From assembly GCA_973895155.1 (NCBI GenBank), contig OZ316894.1, positions 20,094,451 through 20,158,450 on the forward strand: 64,000 nt of DNA. The letters run 5' to 3'. This DNA is from Marsupella aquatica (Eukaryota; Plantae; Marchantiophyta). The translations under genes were made by a program, and so were the position numbers. Positions 24,501 through 36,480 of the stretch are shown piece by piece (within the stretch, counting starts at the first letter, position 1; each line of letters starts with the position of its first letter). The notes under the pieces were generated by a model that saw only the letters and a list, made by a program, of their open reading frames with translations, was not told the origin of the DNA and made no database searches.

Positions 24501-26330
24501 TCAGTACTTTGTGTATAGAACATCCTCCCAAGGATGTCGGTATAGAGGCTGCTTCAACCTCTTCTGATCGAAAGTGTGCCCAATGAGGCCAATACTACGG
24601 GCTAGCACAAAGAGCCCATTCAAGTAACCAATTTCTACAATTTCGTCTATTTCCTGCTGTGAGAACAAGCTGGAGCTCACAAGGAGATCCAGGAATAGCG
24701 CTCCTATACAACCATCGACGTTCAACACCAAATTGTTTCCCTTCGTCAAGGTATACGTCTCCACAGTGACCGCATATTCCATATACTTCACGGAAGGAAA
24801 GTGGGTGCGTGCATATTCTTGGAGCAATTGCACCCGTTTGTCCCGGTTGTCACGGCTCTTGATCCTATGCCCAATTCCAGGGACTCGGATTCCCTTCTTC
24901 TTCATCGCTTCCACGAATTCGTAGGGAGTGAGTTTCTTATCATATGCATCTTTGAAGTACCGAGCTGCGTCATCGACAGCCCCGCCGAAGCGAGGACCGA
25001 TGGTGAGAAGCCCGGACACAAGACAAGACACCAAGTCTTTACCAGCACGAGATGTGACAATCGCGTTGTGAGCACCAGACACACAGGGTCCGTGATCCGC
25101 GCACAGCACGACGCACATCTCGATGAATTTCGTGCAGTAGCGAGGCAGGCTACGCTTGAACCAAAGGAGAGAAATAACATCACCAATGCCGTAGTCTTTC
25201 TCGATGATGGTGGACATCGGAACTCCGGCATAAGTTGGCTCCTCTCCCCTGTCATCACAAATGGTAGACACGATGTGCGTCGGCGCTCTCACTCGCCCGT
25301 TCTTGATCGCAACGTTGAGATCCTCAGGCACCTTCGGCGGGCTGGAGCTGACTACGGGAGTGATGACTTTCTCTGCTAGCAATCTTTCGTACGTGTCCTT
25401 GACGGCCTGCTCAAAGGATTCAAAAGAAGTTGGGACAATGGCACCTGCTTTCTGCAGTGCCTTGTTCTTTGCTTGGGCCGACTCCAGCTCTCCGCCGCTC
25501 TTGGCACCAGCATGGCCAAACTGAACCTCTGACTTAAACAGCGACGCGCAAGTGCCGCTAACCCAGGCCACCACTGGCTTCTTCACTTTCCCTTGTTGTA
25601 TTGCGTCGACTAAAGAGTACTCATCCTGACCGCCTAATTCTCCCAAGACAACTATCATCTTGATCTGCGGTATGTTGTTGAATCGGAGGACGTGATCAGA
25701 GAGAGTGGAACCTGGATAAGCATCTCCGCCAATCGCAATTCCTTCGTAAAGACCGTCGGTCACCCGTGCGAGTACATTGTACATCTCGTTCGACATGCCG
25801 CCAGATTTCGAGACGAACCCGACCGATCCCGGGCGGTAGAGCTTGCAGTGGACGATGTTGTCCAAAGTGCCTGCAGTGTCCCCGATCTTGAACGCTCCTG
25901 CCTGTATGCCTCCCACTGTGGCAGGCCCGATGATCACCTTGTTGTTGGCCCGGGCGTAAGCAATGAGCTTCTTCGCATCGCCTTCTGGAACCCCTTCTGC
26001 AATTATCGCTACAACCCTGACCGTGGGCTGGAGCAGAGCCTCCATCGATGAGGCGAAAGCGCTCCGGAAGGACGCGAAGTTGATGAACACATCTGCAGTT
26101 GGATGGGCCTTGCAGGCCGCTACAATTGATCCATGGACGGGGATAGCGATCTCCTCCTGTCCGAAGAAAAGCTTCTGGAAGCCATCTGAGCCGGGGTTGA
26201 TCACCCCTGCCACTGAGGGGACCTCTCGTCCACAGAGGAAATCGAAATCGAGCATCCGCTGCACGGGGCTCTGTTTGTAATTGTAGAAAAGAGCTTGTGT
26301 CGTCCGCGAGAAGAGCTGTCCGGATGCCAT
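24501..26330 (-). CDS. ACLB: ATP-citrate lyase subunit B (609 aa), single coding exon
   Basis: MASGQLFSRTTQALFYNYKQ start, phospho-His motif FGHAGA, citrate-synthase-like DHGPCVSGAHN and GIGHRIKS, C-terminal YRHPWEDVLY. Confidence 0.97.
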   Translation of the reverse strand: MASGQLFSRTTQALFYNYKQSPVQRMLDFDFLCGREVPSVAGVINPGSDGFQKLFFGQEEIAIPVHGSIVAACKAHPTADVFINFASFRSAFASSMEALLQPTVRVVAIIAEGVPEGDAKKLIAYARANNKVIIGPATVGGIQAGAFKIGDTAGTLDNIVHCKLYRPGSVGFVSKSGGMSNEMYNVLARVTDGLYEGIAIGGDAYPGSTLSDHVLRFNNIPQIKMIVVLGELGGQDEYSLVDAIQQGKVKKPVVAWVSGTCASLFKSEVQFGHAGAKSGGELESAQAKNKALQKAGAIVPTSFESFEQAVKDTYERLLAEKVITPVVSSSPPKVPEDLNVAIKNGRVRAPTHIVSTICDDRGEEPTYAGVPMSTIIEKDYGIGDVISLLWFKRSLPRYCTKFIEMCVVLCADHGPCVSGAHNAIVTSRAGKDLVSCLVSGLLTIGPRFGGAVDDAARYFKDAYDKKLTPYEFVEAMKKKGIRVPGIGHRIKSRDNRDKRVQLLQEYARTHFPSVKYMEYAVTVETYTLTKGNNLVLNVDGCIGALFLDLLVSSSLFSQQEIDEIVEIGYLNGLFVLARSIGLIGHTFDQKRLKQPLYRHPWEDVLYTKY

Positions 26331-27056
26331 TTTGCCCCTGCCAGCAGAGTCCCTCGCTCCCTCCCTGATTGAGATGCTCTTCTACTACCCTGCGCTGATT
26401 GATAATCTTCCCTTTCCTAAACGCCCACCTTGAAACTCCTTTCCACCTGCTGAAGGCCAGCCCACACAGCTCACAACCTGGTCCGTAATCCGCAGACGAC
26501 CAACGCCTCACGAATAATCCCAACTCTGTCCTCCTGTGCTCGTCTCGTCCGAATTATCAAGGATCAATCCATCCCTCGCATCACCGTTTGACCAACGCAG
26601 CCACGCACTTTAACATGGATTCTCGCGGCCGGCCACTTCAACTCCCAAATCAAGGGGAATTGGATCCGTCTCGCTCACCCACTGTCGATCACAATCTTGG
26701 TCACTCTCCGCTGCGTTCGTCATGAAATTCGGTCTTGCAGCGACAGTAGGTGCAGCGACAATGCATCGAGATGGTGCTGCCAGATCCGCCAACCATGAAA
26801 TGCGGAGGAGACTGCTGGTAGATACCTTTCCTCGCAGACGACGATGACGCGAAAGCTCCACTGGTCGTTTGTACACCCAGACCTGTGATTCCTCTCCGTC
26901 CGCTCTTTCTGCTGTATTGTTGGCGACTCCGTGCCCGGCGAGTGACTCCCACTCCCAGCGGCCTCAGCCGGGTTACATGGCGGAGCCCCGTTCCCACTAA
27001 CAGAAGAGTGGACTTTGTGGTGTGCGGGCTGGTGACAGGCAATATTAGGGGATTGA

Positions 27057-27102
27057 CTAGTAATATTCTTGAGGATGAGCCCAATGCCCGTGTGTTGCAT
27101 GG
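27057..27102 (-). mobile_element. Possible degraded Helitron 3' end
   Basis: Minus strand CCATGCAACACACGGG (CpG-decayed form of the CCGTGCAACGCACGGG hairpin) followed by CTAG; the spacer is longer than typical. Confidence 0.3.
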
Positions 27103-27406
27103 CATAATGAGGGACTATCCATAGGGAGTTGGCCCCGGAGTGATAGGCAGGGGCGAGCGCATTGGGACCAAGGGGAGGGCAAGGCAGAGTGTCAGGGCTG
27201 GCGAGACATTGCAAGCATTGATGCCCATATATGTATATTGCGAGGGGGGTCCACGATGAAGGCACAGGCGTGGGAGGCCTTGCCAAAGAGGGCAAGTGCT
27301 AATCAAACGGATACAAAAATACTCTAAAATATCTATGGCCAATTTTGATCCCACTGATTCTGGATTTCATTGCGGGACAAAGGATGAAAAAAGACGGGAT
27401 CACTTA

Positions 27407-27676
27407 TTACGGACCCCACTAGAGGTCACTTCCAAAATTCCTGGCACCACATCGTGCCATGTCAACAACAACCGCAACAAACAAGACTCGTCGGTTTTGT
27501 GAATCAAGCTTATAGTTTTCATTCGTGTTTGTGTCAATTTGTTACGGACCCCACTAGAGGTCCATTCCAAAATTCCTGGCACCACATCGTGCCACGTCAA
27601 CAACAACCGCAACAAACAAGACTCGTCGGTTTTGTGAATCAAACTTATAGTTTTCATTCGTGTTTGTGTCAATTTG
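27407..27676. repeat. 135-bp near-perfect tandem duplication (2 copies)
   Basis: Copies start ttacggaccccactagaggtc at 27407 and 27542, with only a few mismatches. Confidence 0.93.
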
Positions 27677-30600
27677 GGTGTAAATTTTGGGACGCCGTGC
27701 TGTAAAAAGAAAAATAAAATCATTGGAAATGCAAAGAGCAAGACGATTAAAACTGTCACTATGTAACCGTTTTAGTTATATTTTCAATTTTAAAACTTAA
27801 ATTCAAAGATTTATAAAAATTATTTTTCATATAATAAATAATGACTAATAATTAACTTGATAACTTCCTTGTTAAAACGCAACTCCCGGTATGTAAGGAC
27901 CTCTCGTATTGTACGGCCATTAATGCTCGGAAGAGCACATAGAAACCCAGGATCGGGGAGGAGGAATGGCTGGAATCTTGAAAGTTCATTCTCAAAACAA
28001 AAAATACCCAGTCGTAGATCTCATTGAGATCTTTCTTTTGCACCCTAGATCGCCTTCTAACATGGATGAATAAGATTTCTAGAGGCATTACAAAATGGAC
28101 AGCAAAGATCGTAAAATCAACAAAATCAACGGCTAGGAAGGCTTGGATTTGTTTAATTTGTCATTTGAAAAATATTAACCCATTTGCAAAACGGACAGAA
28201 CCCATCCATAGATCTATTTGAGATCTTTCTTTTGAGCCATAGATTGGCCATTATGATGGACGGACGAGATTTCCGTTGATAAGAAATGGAGACGGCTCAG
28301 ATCGACTCTTCCCCTGATTTTATTAGCCAAGGGGTCCACGAACTAATTATAGTTGCAGATATCCAAACTTGGTAGTAAAAATGTATAAGCACATTCATAA
28401 ATGGATTGGGGGTTTTTTGACCAATTGGAAGCTCAGAAAGCTCTGGAATTAAATGGTTTTTTCAAAGTTTTTAGGAAACTTGTACACTTCTACTAGCCTA
28501 TGTGTTGCACAATTTTAGTCCAAGTCACCATAGGGTTGCAAAGTATTGCTGGCACAGAAAGTACATAATTGTGAAGAGTTTGTTCTTGTGTAAAGTCTTG
28601 TCCAGGTTATGTAAATGTTCAGGTTATGTCCATACACAAAATCCATTGTGGATGGTTGCATGATGAAATTTGGGGGATGAAAGGCTTCAATGGGGGGAGG
28701 AGATGGGGCAAGAGTTGAGGCAGAAGCAACAGTGGGAGAGAGGGGAAAAGAGTTGAGGCAAGAACAACAGCCAAAGCTGGTCGGGAGAATTGTCAGGCAT
28801 AAAACTTTGTTCGGTTGTTCCTTCCATCCCAAGTTTGGAACAGACAATGGGGAGTACTTTTGGTGAGATTCGATCTTATAGTGCTTCGATTGCAGTGACA
28901 AAATTTCATGGTAGTATTTTGGTAAATTTAGAAGTAGATCTGGGCTCTACTTTCCAATAATGGGAGACATTTATGCTTTATACAGTATCCATTATTAATT
29001 AAGTCGGGGAGAGGTTGGTGATGCGGGAATCAGGTTGGGTGATTGGGTCCCACGCTTTTGACTCGTTGCGCCATCAACATTTGAGCTTTGATGCTGGCTG
29101 AGGAACGGAAGGCTGATAGAGTCCTCTGTTCTCGACGCGATGGAAAGGGACGAGGTCCACTCAAGACCACCACATCCGTTAGTCATACATCCCTTGTTTC
29201 GTTTCTCCTTATCCCCGGAAAATAGGAGTCTCTATACCGAAGGTAAGACGTCAATCATGCTCGCAACTGTAATGATATTGGTGAGAACTTGCGCTAGCTC
29301 CAGAAACTTGTCCCTTGTTGGGTTCAGCGAAGGCACGTGATGCCGCACACCTATGGGCTATGGTCTGTTCGACCTCCGCGCCCTTCCCAAATCATCCCTC
29401 CAATCATGATCGATCTGCATGTCTTTGACCGCAGCTGAGTGTGTAAACTGTAGGGCTAGTCTATGAACGCCAGTTCCGTCTTCCTGGCTTAGGAAACCAT
29501 TGACGGCCAAGAATAAAACTGCATTTCCTGAAAATGAACCTCTCAGTCACAATCTGTCCCCATTTCTTGATTCTCCGATTTACTGTAGAGGGGATATAAC
29601 CCTAGTCGACGAATTAATAATTGTTCTCTGGTTTTGATGAATGATGTCTGGTTTTGATGAAGGATGTACTGTAGTTCTATTCTTTGGTTCTGTGACTGTT
29701 GTATTCTTCCTTCAAGAAACGATCAATCAACTTACCAGAGAAATAACCCAAATGATGCAATCTATAAGCTGAGTGATCTGTAAAGCGCTGCCAATTTAAG
29801 GCTCGGGAGATACGACCTCTAAACAATTTTTATAGTTTTCCATCATCAGCTGATTTCCCATCTGTTGGTGTACTAATCTTCATTTGTAACGCAGGCCATG
29901 ACAACCAGTCCCCATTTCATTCAGATGAGAAGGTGAATTGCTTGGCCGAGCTTCTGCTCGTGAAGTCGAGTACAGTTGCACTTTGCACATCATGCCTGGT
30001 CGGGTATGCGGATGAAGGCAATAGACACCTGGCATGCGGGTACTATAGAATCATTTGATGGTTTTCCTTGTTCCTTTCGTGGCCCTTTCAGTCCACTCTC
30101 TCCACATTAATATTTTCTATCACAGTATCTCATGGACGAGGCATTCATGAGTTTTCATCACTACTATGTGGTTTTCCTTTGAAAGGTGCAGGGAGGTGCC
30201 AAGCCTCTGATACGTGACTAGACTTTCATGAGGACCATTTGTACCGTAACATTGACACCTGATCCGTCGAGACTGGGGTTGTTGAGTTGTGAGAATCTTA
30301 TTGCTATGTGATTAAACACAAACAGCTCTGTTTCATACAGATCTGGGCTGTCGACGATCGGAATGGGGAGTATTTTGATCCAATATGCTGGAAAGGAATA
30401 GTGTGTTTGGATTGAGCTCATCGGAACAAATTTTTAGGATGAATTCCACATGATCTTCTGGGGACCCTTCCTTCGAAAGACTGTGACTTGTTTCCTGATC
30501 TGCCGTGTGCTAGAGTCACCGAGATGCACCTCAAAGATGTCATGGCGTTTCAAGTCTCGGCAGGTCTTTCCACATTGCACCACTGGCCAGGATGCTGATT

Positions 30601-32855
30601 ATAGATCGATGGCTGGCGAAGGTTTTTGTCTGGAGTCAGACACAATATACCTTTGGTATAAAGGACGCTGACTTGAGTCACATACAAGGCAGGACCAGAA
30701 TCTAATCGTGGTTGTCGTCCCGCCTAGAGTCTGTTCCGCAGGAATCTGCTATTTCGTTCCATCGAGAAACCTCATACACCTCCTTTTTCAAAATGGCGAC
30801 CTTGGAAGTAGTTTAGCTTCCGTTGCTTGAAGGTTATTTATTTCCTCTCTTTTTTGGTGAACTAAAATAAGTAACCCATTGTCGACTACAAGGCTACCTG
30901 AGAAGGCACCAAAGGCAAGTAATTTTTCCGTTTCTTTCTTGGACAAACCGTGAAAATTTGCTTGAAGTTTCTGAGTTTCTGGAGTACTGATACTATAGTG
31001 GCTGATATTTCCCTCCACCCTAATTCAGGACTTACCAGTTGGTACCTTTCATTCCTTCCTATTTTTCCTTCCTTTAACCTATCTTTACCAGCTTTCCATC
31101 GCCCTTCAGCCATCTGTTCATCAGTGAGCTTGCAAATATACCTCCAAGCGCAGATATGTCTTGTGAGTTAGTGCATTACGGCAACAAATCAAGTACAAAG
31201 AGGGCCTCACAAGGTACGCATACTGCGGGAGATTCCTTACATAAAAGGCGGGGGAGAGGACAAAGAGCATATAGTTATACATAAATGTACTGGATGAAAT
31301 CAGAGAAATGTGTTACGCCAAAAACAGGGTAACGGTAAATACTCCCCTTAACGCTCTTGACTCACCAAAACTCAGGTTGGGTTCGCCAAGAACTCCACTC
31401 TGAGGCACTCCACAGACTGAACATAGACTAAACATAAAGATGTAAGAAAACAAAATTCCTCACTATCAATCCAAACCATATTGCAATCCCCATTGACATA
31501 GCCCAATTGACATAGATCTGAAATTTTGAACTGTCCAGCCTAACCAGAACCAGAACAAAACTGAACCAGATCCAAATATCAAACTGTACAACTGAACCAG
31601 TAACTGAAAATTCAAGATCCCTAAGCTGGGAATTCAAGTTGTCAACCATACACATCAATTCAACACTCTTGTCCCAACATTAAACTGAAATCAATTGAAT
31701 TGAGCTCCTGACTCCAAATTGCATGGAAATGGGCAACGTCTGTTGCAGCCCATGAACGAGCTCATGCAGTACAAAACGAGAACTTGGGGTGACTTAGGGT
31801 AAAGTCACGTTTAGAAGCATTAGAACAATTTCACCCGGTAATTGTACATGCAACAGGTTGCCCGGAACCTTAAGTCACCCTGAACACCAGTCAAAATGAT
31901 GGACAACTCACCCGCCTTTTGGCACATTACGGAAAACTCTCATATCTACTGATTACCGTGATTCAGTCTAGACCATTTTTATTTGCACAAGGAGGGACCC
32001 AGGGCGCCATCAACACCAAGCAAGGGGATGAAAATGGTGCACCTAAAGGGAGCATATGGTGCAAAGAGTTGGGGGGAGGCAAACCAACACAAAGAAACAC
32101 CCAACTAGTCTGCACATTGAGACTCCGAAGAGCCACAAACACAATAGCTCTCTCAAAATTGCAGCCTGGTATCATTTTGTTCTGCCTACAGCTATTGCTG
32201 AGTAAATTACTCAGTAAGTCCTGCTGGTTTGGAGAGCTACTGAAAGAATGCAAGTTACCCTTACCACCCATGCAATTTTCTAAACATTCAGCTATTCAAT
32301 TGTTAGAGATCTGCTACAAACAAACAATCTAAAAATGTGTCATTAAAAGTCACAATTTCCAAAATAATTCAAAATATTACATTTTTTGCTAGTGTCAAAC
32401 GATACTATTACTAGCTGCGGGCGCTAGCCAAAACATATCGACTATACAACAAAAAAACAAAACAAAAAATTCCAAAAAAAACTTTTCTAAAATAATTTCC
32501 CAAAAAAATCTCCAAAAACTTTACTACCCGTTTGCTGTTACAAGCAACTATTTGTTGTTTGCTGTTTGTTGTCACGTTGGTTATACCCCCCTTGGATATA
32601 AATCCCCTTCCTCTTTTTGTCATTAGCTTCAACTATCATCATCATTGGAAGGACAAAATATAGCACTTTTTACTGTTTTGAGCCCATTTTTGGTTTATTT
32701 TAGTACATGGATCCACCAGGTTTTGCTTCGGGGACAGTGACACTTTAAGCGCAATTGGGGTTTCAGTAGTCTCCAAGGGCTTGAAAATAACCTGAAGTTG
32801 GTCAATGGCATGCCTGAATTGTTTTCACTTCTTCTCAGACTGACAAATGTTAAGC

Positions 32856-32901
32856 ATAGAAGGGAGCATAGACTTCAGATGTGTTCTATGCTCCCTTCTA
32901 T
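32856..32901. repeat. 17-bp perfect inverted repeat with 12-nt loop
   Basis: ATAGAAGGGAGCATAGA (32856-32872) / TCTATGCTCCCTTCTAT (32885-32901). Confidence 0.9.
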
Positions 32902-33349
32902 AGACAACCCATTCAGGAAGTCTCTCAACAGCTTGGGAGTACATGTGCTTGTTCTTCTCATTGCATATATTGGAACACGTTTCCGAAAGCAACAGAGAAT
33001 TTTTCAAAACTCATTTTGACATTAAAAAAATAAATCATTGGGTAGTGGACATTAATGGTACTTGGACAATTCCTGAAATATGTACAATCACATTGTTAGA
33101 AAAAGAAAGGTTTGACAGGTCAAGTATTTTACACTCACTTGAGATGCATCTGGATCATGCAATGTTTTGTTTTGGGCATGGCTTCCACAATCCTGGAGCA
33201 AGGCAATTGATTACTCATAGATACATCTTACTAAATCATAAAATAGTTGATATTCAAGTTACAACACCAATTGTCAGGGTTGGGTTTACTCTTATGCTTG
33301 TAAATGGAGGCAGTGACAGTTTTGTAAAGCAAACCTTTGTTGTATCGTG

Positions 33350-33530
33350 AGTCATGGAGTCTGACTGTTGCACAAGTCTGTGCACCTCTCTCCATCTCTT
33401 AGTAATTTTACTGCAGTAGAAGAACATGTGTTCAGTGCGCTCCAGCTGAAGGTTGTGCCTAGCACAAAGGCCATCAGAGACCCCTTAGCGGCTTGCCTTG
33501 TCATTGGTGAAGAACTGATAGGCTACAGAG
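33350..33530 (-). pseudogene. LINE (L1-like) ORF2 C-terminal zinc-finger (zf-RVT) relic
   Basis: Minus strand FFTNDKASR*GVSDGLCARHNLQLERTEHMFFYCSKITKRW resembles the C..E..EH.FF.C.....W motif; internal stop. Confidence 0.65.
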
Positions 33531-35959
33531 TCTAGCTTTTGATCATGAACTATTAGTTACATTGTAAGTGTGTATGTGTCTACCTACAGTAGCTATCTAT
33601 ATGCAAGCCTATGTGAATGCTAACACCACTACCTAAACTTTAGTTGAAGGTTCTACAACCAAGAGCGAGTTATGGACTGATATGAATCGAGCTCCAAATT
33701 CTTCATCATTGTAATCTTCTGCCAAGAGGAATTCTTTGTTGATTGTTTATGTGTTCATGATGTGACTGCTTCAAGATGTCCCTGAAACACTGACTAGTCC
33801 AACCTTTGATCTCAATGAGCATTTAGATGCTTGTGGTTTGTGTCCTTTGGATGCTCTTGACCAATTTAGTATCAGGTGTTTCATAGCAGTTGGCGATGAC
33901 CTGCTTTCACTTGAAATCTCCTGCCGGGGTTTGTATCTCTTTGTTGTTTGGACCAAAGTTAGTATCAAGTGTTTCATGGCAGCTGGTAATTGATGACCTG
34001 CTTTTTTTACAAGAACCTGCATTCTGAGAGTCCCTCTTGCTGAAGTAGAAATGGAGGGAATGGAGTAACCAGCTGTGTTCATGGAAGACTCTTGCAATAT
34101 TCTTGAAAATGTCATCCACCCACTTCAGTCCCACAGCAGATACCCCATTTTTCAAATTCTGGTGACAGTGTGTTGCAAAGGTCAAAGGAATGTCAACTTC
34201 TAAGATGGTAATTTAAAACCAGGTGTTATCAACTTTGTTTATTTATACTGATTGGAAGGCAACTAATCCTATTCTAAAAAAGTTCAACTGAATAAAAGTA
34301 GTTGTAGATATTCAGTTAGAGCCTTGTTGTCATGGCTGGTCTCCTGCATAAAAAATCCTCCTGCAACTACAAAGGGTTATTGTAATTATAATAAGTTGGT
34401 GGAGTGCATCTTTGGGTTTGAAAGTATATGCCAATATCATCCTGTTTTGCCAATATCAAGCCAATTGAAGCAAATATGGACCTTCATGTTTGCCAAAATG
34501 CTCAAATGAACTTTTGTAAAGTAGCCACAAAACCACCTTTTCTCCTCATATAGTTCACATTACACCAGTGAGCAAAATGTGACAAGAAAAGTGGACAGTC
34601 ATGCATCTTTAGACATTTGTTGGTCTCAGTTCATAAGAGACCTACATTTTTGCCAAAATATTCTCATGGAGTTTTTCAACTCGGATGGACTGCAGAAAAC
34701 CTCTTTTAGATTCATGTCGAACGTATTACACCGACATGTGAAATGTGGCAAGACAAGGAAATGAGACAGTAGTCTTTGAAACCCTGTAGATCATTCATTT
34801 CATAATAAAATTTAACAGTATTAGGCTCATCAAAAAGATCTTAAGTTGTGATAAATGTTTAAAAATCACAAATCTTTAATGGGATAAACCAAAGACCTAA
34901 CTTTGTTATCAAAATAGAAGAGTGGTGAAATAGGGATATACCAAAGACCAATTTTACTATTGAAAGAGAACAGGGTCCATTAGTGAAGATGTAAAAGGTG
35001 TCATGATCAGTAGGGGTTTCATGGTTCACTGGCTGGTTTATGGGCCAGCGTCAATTTCTCCAGGGAAGTGTTTTTCGAAGGGTGCAATTCTCGAAGGCAC
35101 TTTTCCTTTTGAAGAGTTTCCATTGACAAAAGCAAAAGAGCTTCCGATAATGGAAACTCGTCATATTCACAACAAGCTCTGCCAGTTTCATAAAATAAAT
35201 GATGGTATACATTCTCAAATCTCATTGGGTTCAAACGTGACTGGTACCGTTGTCCGCCGCAGACCACTTGCCAGCAGCTCTTACCCAATCACAACCCGGG
35301 AACCGCCTTGGCAAGAGATGTTACCCAATCACGGCTGGTTTCCCGGTTCCAGACCCCGGAGGATCGTCCCTAGTCCGGCGCGTGGCATTGACGTGCCAGC
35401 GTTGCCAGCGTTGCCAGCGTTGCATATGCCACCCGGGAACCATGTGAACCGAACGGTTCTCCAACTCAATATCTGGCCGCTCAAACTATAATCGACGGCA
35501 GGAACTGTGTGCTCTTCAGTTCATTGGGTGACGATGGTCAAGCCTGATTGGGCGATTGGCAGAAGGAATCTAAATTCTGTCGTTTATCCGTCAATATCCC
35601 GGGAAATCTGCTAAATGTTATGGACACCTGTCTCTAACTGTATGAGCATGATAATTGGCTTGAGTGAGCACTTCCCCTAGTCCCCCTCATCAGTGATACG
35701 CAATGGCCACGTACACGGAAAGTACCCGACTCAAGTGATTCATCTTGATATTCGCAATTATCTAGCTTAATTATTATAAGAGTAAGCTCAATGCCCTGAA
35801 CTCTAATAAGCATACATGGACCACCACCCTGTCCCTGAGAAGTGAGAACTACTGTCGAAGGCATTTGCACGGTTTACCCCCAATGGCTATGACACTCGAC
35901 AACTTTTTTGAAGTGTTGGCTGGAAGGTGCTGCCTGCTGATTAGAACAAAGTGTCACCC

Positions 35960-36480
35960 AAGATGTTGTTAAGAAAAATAGATGTTGTGTCACCTAAGAT
36001 GTGGTTAAGAAAAAAAAGATATCGTGTTGTCAAGGATGTCGTTTAGAAAAAAATGATGCCATGTTGCCAAAAATTAAAATGTGAAAGTGAGAAAAATGTC
36101 AGATGTTGAGGTCCAAACAAATGTCAGTTCAATGAGAAAAAGAGATGTTGAGGTGAGGCAATGAAGTCAAGGTGAAAAAAACATGGCGAGGTGAGAAAAC
36201 GATGTAAAGATGAGGAAAAGATGTTGAGGAGGGAAACGATGTGAGTTGAGGGTGAGGGAAAGATGTTGTGGTGAGATAAAGATGTTAAAGTGAGAAAAAG
36301 AGAAGATGTTGATGTGAGAAAAATTGTGGAGGTGAGGAAAAGATGTCGAGTCAGGTGAGAAAATATATGGAGGAGAGAAACAAAAACCAAGGACCTAAAA
36401 GATGTCGAGGGTGACAAAAAAATTGTCACGATGAGATAAAGATGTCAATGTGAGGCAAGATGAGAAAAAGATGTCAAGGC
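35960..36480 (+). repeat. Degenerate purine-rich minisatellite (~20-bp unit GATGTTGAGGTGAGAAAAA)
   Basis: Many recurring gatgt..aggtgagaaaa units. Confidence 0.75.

Noticed and set aside
24733-26523. Long overlapping/antisense ORFs (192 aa, 275 aa, etc.) over ACLB
   Set aside because: Shadow ORFs from the codon bias of a GC-rich CDS; no motifs.
30078-30100. TTCAGTCCACTC resembling the miR319 5p arm
   Set aside because: No TTGGACTGAAGGGAGCTCC partner downstream; 12-nt chance match.
36124-36429. 101-aa hydrophobic ORF
   Set aside because: Translation of the purine-rich minisatellite.
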